From contig JBDLIE010000014.1 in assembly GCA_039715015.1 (NCBI GenBank), positions 1-64,000 on the forward strand: 64,000 nucleotides of DNA, in the 5' to 3' direction. Under the pieces are notes generated by a model. That model was given only the letters and a program-made list of their open reading frames with translations, made no database searches and was not told the origin of the DNA. Shown piece after piece: positions 58,074-64,000 of this stretch; position 1 is the first letter of the stretch, and the number at the start of each line of letters is the position of its first letter. Origin of the DNA: Thermodesulfobacteriota bacterium. GTDB taxonomy: Bacteria; Desulfobacterota; Desulfobulbia; Desulfobulbales; SURF-16. Position numbers and translations under genes: made by a program.

Positions 58074-59708
58074 ATGATGAAGGAAGACGACTACAAGGCA
58101 AACGAGGGCGATCATCCGGCCGGCTATTATCTGGATATTATCGATGCGGTGCGCGATCCGCTTCTGGTCATCAGTCCTGAGATGAGCTGCATGCATATGA
58201 ACCGGGCTGCCCGTGAAATTATTCAGGTGGATGAAGAGAGCTACAAAAACCGGCCCTGCTTTGAAATGGTTCGTGACTTTGACTCCTCCTGCTGGGGAAA
58301 GGGGGAGGAATGCCCGGTGCGTGATGCCCTGGAAAGTGGCGAGGTTGTCAGGGCCATAAAAAAAATGGCCGTCCACTCCTCTTTGGAGCGTTCCTATGAA
58401 ATAAGTGCTGTTCCTCTCAAAAATGAGTCTGGTGAAATAACCGCTGTTGTTGAAGTGTTGCATGACATCACCGCCAGCCTCGATCATATGGAACTAAAGG
58501 AGATCACCGCTAAGATAGAGCAGGCCAAGAGGGAGTGGGAGGCCACCATGGACTGCGTGCAGGATTTTGTCGTTCTTCTTGACAGCCAGGGCTGCATCAA
58601 GCGTCTCAACAAGCCTTTAGCAGATTTCACCGGACTGCCTTTTTCAAAAGTCCTGGGCCAGCAGTTCGACACCTTTCTTGCCTCTCAAAATTTTGAACCT
58701 GACCAGAACGTTAAAGATTCGACGGTGGCTGAATTTTTCCATGCGCCATCCAGCTGCTCCTTTTCCATGCGCAGCTATCCGCTGACCACCGATGATGAAG
58801 AGATGCAGGTTGTCACCCTGCACGATATCAGCCAGCGTAAATTTGCCTCGGCCCAGCTTGAGGAAAAAAATAATGCCCTGCACGAGGCCTTTGCGGAGCT
58901 GAAAACCACCCAGGCCCATCTCCTGCAGCAGGAAAAAATGGCCTCGGTGGGCCAGCTTGCCGCCGGTGTAGCCCATGAAATCAATAACCCGGTGGGCTTT
59001 GTCACCAGCAACATCAATACCATGGGCAAATACCTGGATAAGGTCGCTGAATTCATTGCCATCCAGAATAAATTTGTCAGCAAATACTGTCCGGACGAAA
59101 GCAAGGTCAAAACCTTAAAGGAATATGCCCGCAAGATGAAGATTGACTTCATTGTTGATGACGTTAAGGATCTGGTCAGTGAATCCTTGGACGGGGTGGA
59201 ACGGGTCAAAAATATAGTCATGAACCTGAAAAACTTCTCGCGGGTTGACCAGGCAGAACGGGCCCTGGTTAATATCAACGAATGCCTGGATGACACCATT
59301 AATATTGCCTGGAATGAACTCAAGTATAAATGCATTATGGACAAAAGGTACGGTGAACTGCCACTGACTAAATGCTATCCCCAGCAGCTCAACCAGGTGT
59401 TTATGAACCTGCTTGTTAATGCCGCCCAGGCCATTGACAAGCAGGGTGAGGTGACCATTAAAACCTGGTTTGCCGACGGATCAATTTTTGTTACCATAAC
59501 TGATAGTGGCTGCGGCATTCCTGCGGACAAGGTTTCTCGCATCTTTGAGCCCTTTTTCACCACCAAGGATGTCGGCCAGGGAACGGGTCTGGGACTCAGC
59601 ATTTCCTATGATATTATTGTTAACAAGCATGATGGCAAAATCACTGTTGCAAGCGAGCAAGGTAAAGGCACCACCTTTACCATTGCCCTGCCGGTGATTG
59701 AAGAATAA
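58074..59708 (+). CDS. Cytoplasmic PAS-PAS histidine kinase
   Basis: Two PAS/PAC domains, GQLAAGVAHEINNP, QVFMNLLVNA, GTGLGL. Confidence 0.93.
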   Translation: MMKEDDYKANEGDHPAGYYLDIIDAVRDPLLVISPEMSCMHMNRAAREIIQVDEESYKNRPCFEMVRDFDSSCWGKGEECPVRDALESGEVVRAIKKMAVHSSLERSYEISAVPLKNESGEITAVVEVLHDITASLDHMELKEITAKIEQAKREWEATMDCVQDFVVLLDSQGCIKRLNKPLADFTGLPFSKVLGQQFDTFLASQNFEPDQNVKDSTVAEFFHAPSSCSFSMRSYPLTTDDEEMQVVTLHDISQRKFASAQLEEKNNALHEAFAELKTTQAHLLQQEKMASVGQLAAGVAHEINNPVGFVTSNINTMGKYLDKVAEFIAIQNKFVSKYCPDESKVKTLKEYARKMKIDFIVDDVKDLVSESLDGVERVKNIVMNLKNFSRVDQAERALVNINECLDDTINIAWNELKYKCIMDKRYGELPLTKCYPQQLNQVFMNLLVNAAQAIDKQGEVTIKTWFADGSIFVTITDSGCGIPADKVSRIFEPFFTTKDVGQGTGLGLSISYDIIVNKHDGKITVASEQGKGTTFTIALPVIEE

Positions 59709-59718
59709 CGAGGACCCT

Positions 59719-60933
59719 ATGACGCAAGCAACCAGCCGTGTCCTTTTCATTGAAGATGATGAAATTGTTGCCACCTTCCTGGAGCAGCTTCTCCAGGACT
59801 ATGGTGGTGACTTTCAGACATCCCATGCTGCCAACCTGGCGGACGGCCTCGCTCTGCTGGCGGAATTTCAGCCCCAGGTCATCCTCCTGGATCTCAACCT
59901 GCCTGACAGTATGGGCCTTGATACCCTGAAGACGATCCTGGATGCCGAGGTTCCTGCCGCCATTATCATCATGACCGGCACCAACGATGAAGAAATGGCC
60001 GCCACAGCCCTGCAACGGGGTGCCCAGGATTACCTGATTAAAGGCCAGAGCAGCAATATGCTCATCATCAAATCGATCCGCTACGCCCTGGAGAGAAAAC
60101 AATTCCGCGACCAGCTTCAGCTCAGCCAGAGCAAGATGCTGCAGAGCGAAAAAATGGCCTCCATCGGCCAACTTGCAGCCGGTGTTGCCCACGAGATTAA
60201 CAACCCCATGGGCTTTATCACCAGTAATCTCAACTCCCTTGACAAATATCTCAGGCGCCTCCTGGATTTTATCGAACTCCAAAACACGGCACTTGCAAGC
60301 CATACCGACCAGGGGCTCATCGCAGATCTTGCCAAACAACGCCGCAAGCTAAAAATAGATCTCATCCAGGAGGACATTCAGGATCTTATTAATGAATGCC
60401 TGCACGGCGGAGAAAAGGTTAAGGAAATTGTTCAGGGACTGCGTAACTTCTCACGCACCGACCAGCAGCTCCATGAACAGGCCAACATCAATACTGTTAT
60501 CGAAGACACCATTAAGCTTGTCTGGAATGAGCTGAAATATAAGGCCACCATGAATAAAACTTTCGGCGACTTGCCCCAGGTTCAATGCTACCCCCATCAG
60601 CTCGGCCAGGTTTTCATGAACCTGCTGGTCAACGCCGCCCAGGCCATTGACAACCAGGGCGAAATCAACATCCAGACCTCAGGTAACGATGAAGAGGTCA
60701 TGATTATGATCAGCGACACAGGCAGTGGCATTGCCCCGGACAAAATCAACCATATCTTTGATCCCTTCTTCACCACCAAACCGGTGGGGGAGGGAACCGG
60801 TCTTGGCCTGAGCATTGTCTATGACATCATCACCCATAAACACGGGGGCCACATTGATGTGGCCAGCAGGGAGGGCCACGGCACCACATTTACCATCACC
60901 TTGCCAGTGGATCAGGAGGACAGCGATGATTGA
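59719..60933 (+). CDS. REC-HisKA-HATPase hybrid kinase
   Basis: IEDD, LDLNLPD, AQDYLIKG, then AHEINNP. Confidence 0.93.
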   Translation: MTQATSRVLFIEDDEIVATFLEQLLQDYGGDFQTSHAANLADGLALLAEFQPQVILLDLNLPDSMGLDTLKTILDAEVPAAIIIMTGTNDEEMAATALQRGAQDYLIKGQSSNMLIIKSIRYALERKQFRDQLQLSQSKMLQSEKMASIGQLAAGVAHEINNPMGFITSNLNSLDKYLRRLLDFIELQNTALASHTDQGLIADLAKQRRKLKIDLIQEDIQDLINECLHGGEKVKEIVQGLRNFSRTDQQLHEQANINTVIEDTIKLVWNELKYKATMNKTFGDLPQVQCYPHQLGQVFMNLLVNAAQAIDNQGEINIQTSGNDEEVMIMISDTGSGIAPDKINHIFDPFFTTKPVGEGTGLGLSIVYDIITHKHGGHIDVASREGHGTTFTITLPVDQEDSDD

Positions 60934-61759
60934 CCAAAAAGTGCAGATCCTTTGCGTTGATGATGAGTCAAATGTCCTCAAGGCCCTGCGCCGCCTCTTT
61001 ATGGATGAGGATTATGACATTATCGCCGCCACCTCCGGTGAAGAGGGTCTGGAAAAGCTTGATGATAACCCGGGTATCCAGCTGGTGATCTCCGACTACC
61101 GCATGCCTGGGATGAACGGCGTAGATTTTCTTAAAAAAGTCTTTGAACGCCGGCCGGACACCATTCGCATCGTTCTTTCCGGTTACGCCGACACCGCAGC
61201 CATTGTCTCGGCCATCAACGAAGGTAAAATATACAAATTTATCCCCAAGCCCTGGAATGATGATGAGCTGCGGGTCACCATTGCCAAGGCCCTTGAACTT
61301 TTTTTTCTACAGAAAGAAAACTTCTCTCTCACCAAGGACCTCCAGAACTCCAACGAAGAGTTGCGACTGGTTAACGACAACCTGGAAAAGATGGTGAAAG
61401 AGCGCACCGAGGAAATCACCTTTCAAAACAAGGCCCTTGCCACCGGCCAATTTATCCTTGATTCTCTGCCGGTGGGGGTAATCGGCGTTGACCTCAATGA
61501 GGTTATTGTCAAATTCAACAAACGCGCGGCAGAGCTCCTGGCTGGCCAGGGAGAAATCCAAATTGCCATGGAGGCAGACGATTGTCTGCCCGATTCTTTA
61601 CAAGGCATGCTTGCCCGATTGTTAAACGAAGGTGACATCCTGCAAGAGGAAATTGAGATCAATAGCTACAAAATTCGCCTCACCGGCTCCTACATGAAAA
61701 GCCGTGAAGGCCAGGAAGGGAAAATTCTTGTCTTGAATGCCGACTGCAGCCAGGGGTAA
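60926..61759 (+). CDS. Response regulator (REC-coiled coil-PAS)
   Basis: VDDE, SDYRMP, KPW; C-terminal LDSLPVGV PAS-like segment. Confidence 0.9.
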   Translation: MIDQKVQILCVDDESNVLKALRRLFMDEDYDIIAATSGEEGLEKLDDNPGIQLVISDYRMPGMNGVDFLKKVFERRPDTIRIVLSGYADTAAIVSAINEGKIYKFIPKPWNDDELRVTIAKALELFFLQKENFSLTKDLQNSNEELRLVNDNLEKMVKERTEEITFQNKALATGQFILDSLPVGVIGVDLNEVIVKFNKRAAELLAGQGEIQIAMEADDCLPDSLQGMLARLLNEGDILQEEIEINSYKIRLTGSYMKSREGQEGKILVLNADCSQG

Positions 61760-61796
61760 CCAGACATTTCTTTCTGCTTAGCAACTCATTTGATTT

Positions 61797-61921
61797 GTAG
61801 GAGCCCGGCCCTCCGGGCGAAAGAGGGGGTCTTGAACAAAAAATTGTCTCCCATCGCCCGGAGGGCCGGGTGCCCCGCAGGAGATAAGCGAAGACTTCGA
61901 ATACCCTTGGGGTGCTCCTCC
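61797..61921. repeat. GTAG REP doublet, right unit with the same 44 bp insert (inverted)
   Basis: 61853-61919 is the exact reverse complement of 49596-49662. Confidence 0.85.
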
Positions 61922-61981
61922 GGCATTGTGCTTTCAGTGGCAATCGCAATTTATTCAACTTAGGAACAAGCGGGTTACAAA

Positions 61982-63310
61982 ATGGCAGATGGAGCTGATC
62001 AGGAAGGAATAGTCGGAGGACGCATCCTCTTTGTTGATGACGAGGAAAACATCCTCCGCGCCATGCGCCGCCTTTTCATGGATGACGCCTATGAAGTCTT
62101 TATTGCCAACTCCGGCAAAGAAGCCCTCAAGATTCTAGACGAAGAAGATGAAATGGCGGTTATTGTCTCCGACCAGCGCATGCCTGAAATGACCGGCGTT
62201 GACTTCCTTGAAAAGACCAAAAAAATTGCCCCCCATTCTGTCCGTATCCTGCTCACCGGCTATGCAGACATCACAGCAGCGGTGGATGCCATCAACCGCG
62301 GTGGCGCCTTTCGCTATCTTCATAAACCCTGGAAGGACGAAGAGCTGACCCAGACCATCCATGCTGCTTTCAAATACTACAAGCTGGTCAAGGAGAACAA
62401 ACGCCTCACCGCTTTGGTCCTTAAACAAAATAAAAAGCTCAAGAACTGGAATCACGAATTAGAAACCATAGTCCAGGAACAGACTATGGATCTCTCTAAC
62501 AGCAATGATGCTTTAAAAATCCTTAATGATAAGCTTTATAAAAACTTCAAAGACACCATCCTTGCTTTTTCATCCCTCCTTGAAATGCGAGACCAGTCCA
62601 TGCACTCTCACTCTCGTAATATTGCTGAAGTTGTGCGTGGGGTGGCAGAAATAATAGAGCTTAAGGCCAAGGAAATAGAGACCCTGGTGGCTGCCGCTTT
62701 CCTCCATGATGTCGGCAAAATAGGAATCCCGGACATCATGCTTCACACCGAAGAAAGCAGGATGAGCCAGCAGGAGTGGCTGGAGTACAGCAAACATTCA
62801 GTGCGCGGGCAGACTGCGGTTGAGGGCATTGACGAACTGCGCCCGGCAGGCAAGCTCATCCGCCACCACCATGAACGCTATGACGGCCTGGGTTTTCCTG
62901 ATAATCTCAAAAAAAATGATATACCCAAAGGGGCGCGGATCATCGCCATTGCTGATTTTTTTGATAAAGAGTTGCGGCGCCAGCAGGGTAAATCCGCAGT
63001 TGAAAGGGTGTGTAAGATGGTGGAGGATGAGTCGGGCAGATCTTTTGACCCCAGGCTGGTGCCCAAGGTCCTTAAGGTGGCCCAAAAATTTTATGCGAAG
63101 AAGCAGATAACCAGCAATGCCACGGAAATGGAGCTTAGCCCCAAAGATTTGGAAGTTGGCATGACAGTGAGCCGTGATGTGCTGAGCGGCACCGGTGTCC
63201 TGCTCCTGGGTAAGGGAACGCCGCTTAACAGCAAAAATATCGACACCTTAAAACGCTACTACCGGGTTGATCCAGCCAACCATGGTGTTTTTGTCTCCCT
63301 TGAAAAGTAA
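61982..63310 (+). CDS. REC-HD-GYP-type protein (GFP variant of the GYP motif)
   Basis: REC domain, LHDVGKIG, HHHERYDGLGFP, IADFFD, C-terminal extension. Confidence 0.9.
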   Translation: MADGADQEGIVGGRILFVDDEENILRAMRRLFMDDAYEVFIANSGKEALKILDEEDEMAVIVSDQRMPEMTGVDFLEKTKKIAPHSVRILLTGYADITAAVDAINRGGAFRYLHKPWKDEELTQTIHAAFKYYKLVKENKRLTALVLKQNKKLKNWNHELETIVQEQTMDLSNSNDALKILNDKLYKNFKDTILAFSSLLEMRDQSMHSHSRNIAEVVRGVAEIIELKAKEIETLVAAAFLHDVGKIGIPDIMLHTEESRMSQQEWLEYSKHSVRGQTAVEGIDELRPAGKLIRHHHERYDGLGFPDNLKKNDIPKGARIIAIADFFDKELRRQQGKSAVERVCKMVEDESGRSFDPRLVPKVLKVAQKFYAKKQITSNATEMELSPKDLEVGMTVSRDVLSGTGVLLLGKGTPLNSKNIDTLKRYYRVDPANHGVFVSLEK

Positions 63311-63339
63311 AAACTCACCCCCCTCACTCCCGGGATGGA

Positions 63340-64000
63340 CTAGTCAAGCTGCCAGTTATCCACCAGGTCCTTGTAGTCAGCCTTGATCTTCTGAACAATA
63401 TTTGCCAAATTTTTCCCGGAAATTGAAAACGACTCCAACTCTTGCCGGGTAATTTGCTCTTTATCCGGGGCAGTGCTATGACCAAAAGCAAGGCTTTTGG
63501 AGATTTTATTGCCCACTAAAACGGCTTGGCCGAGAAGGGTAGCGTGGGGATCATCCTGCTCTTTCAAGGGAAAATCCTTGTGATGGCTTTTTACGGCAAA
63601 AACGTAATTGTCCGGGAAATTCCAGGCCATTGCCAGACGGCCCCCTATTTTCTGATGGCTGAAACCAAACACCTCGGCCTCAGCATCTTTCTGACTCAGG
63701 CCCTTTTTCTCAATAAGTTCCAGCATGGCCACCAGCTCTGCCGGTAGTTTGTCGGCAATGGCTATCTTCCCCACATCATGGATAATTCCACAGACAAAGG
63801 CCTGTTCGGCTAAATCTGTACCCTCAGACAGCAAAAGGTTCTTGGCAGCAACACCGCAGCCCAGGCTGTGGAGCCACAAGCCCTGAAAATCAAAGCCACT
63901 CTCCCCATCCTTAAACACCTTATAGACAGATACGGTGAGCGCCATGCTTTGAACGGTGTTCAAGCCCAGGACGGTCACCGCCTTTTCCATGGTGGTTACC
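63340..64000 (-). CDS. HDOD-domain protein (5' end outside the window)
   Basis: AVTVLG, LWLHSL, GIIHDVGK, GFSHQKIG..LA..WNFP, HH. Confidence 0.9.
   Translation of the reverse strand, partial: VTTMEKAVTVLGLNTVQSMALTVSVYKVFKDGESGFDFQGLWLHSLGCGVAAKNLLLSEGTDLAEQAFVCGIIHDVGKIAIADKLPAELVAMLELIEKKGLSQKDAEAEVFGFSHQKIGGRLAMAWNFPDNYVFAVKSHHKDFPLKEQDDPHATLLGQAVLVGNKISKSLAFGHSTAPDKEQITRQELESFSISGKNLANIVQKIKADYKDLVDNWQLD

Overview
A 64 kb chromosomal window whose gene content suggests a Desulfobacterota (probably Desulfobulbales) anaerobe; this taxonomy is inferred, not verified. It opens with the right end of an ISL3-family element inserted into mutY. Next come trmO, a SEC-C protein and a 14 kb LPS/surface-glycan cluster (waaA apparently starting at ATT, kdsB, msbA-like transporter, rfbD, several glycosyltransferases, three Kdo/WaaP-type kinase genes). 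A putative sigma-28 operon follows, with three FlgO-like proteins and a membrane protein carrying about 8 copies of a FliM-like CheY-binding motif. The middle holds rpe, an M16 peptidase, lgt, an EHD-like GTPase, aconitase, a serine protease, a hybrid kinase, a Ser/Thr kinase-LysM-pentapeptide operon, a 12-heme cytochrome c, the NifU-like/GGGtGRT pair, a porin plus monoheme cytochrome under DtxR-type boxes, and a His-rich metal transporter with MarR. The last 14 kb is a two-component/c-di-GMP cluster led by an orphan ModA-like protein. Intergenic DNA holds five GTAG-type REP doublets (two with an identical 44 bp insert), two ~70 bp elements resembling ISL3 ends at terminators, a 142 bp MITE and two kinase pseudogene remnants. 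No rRNA, tRNA or CRISPR array was seen.
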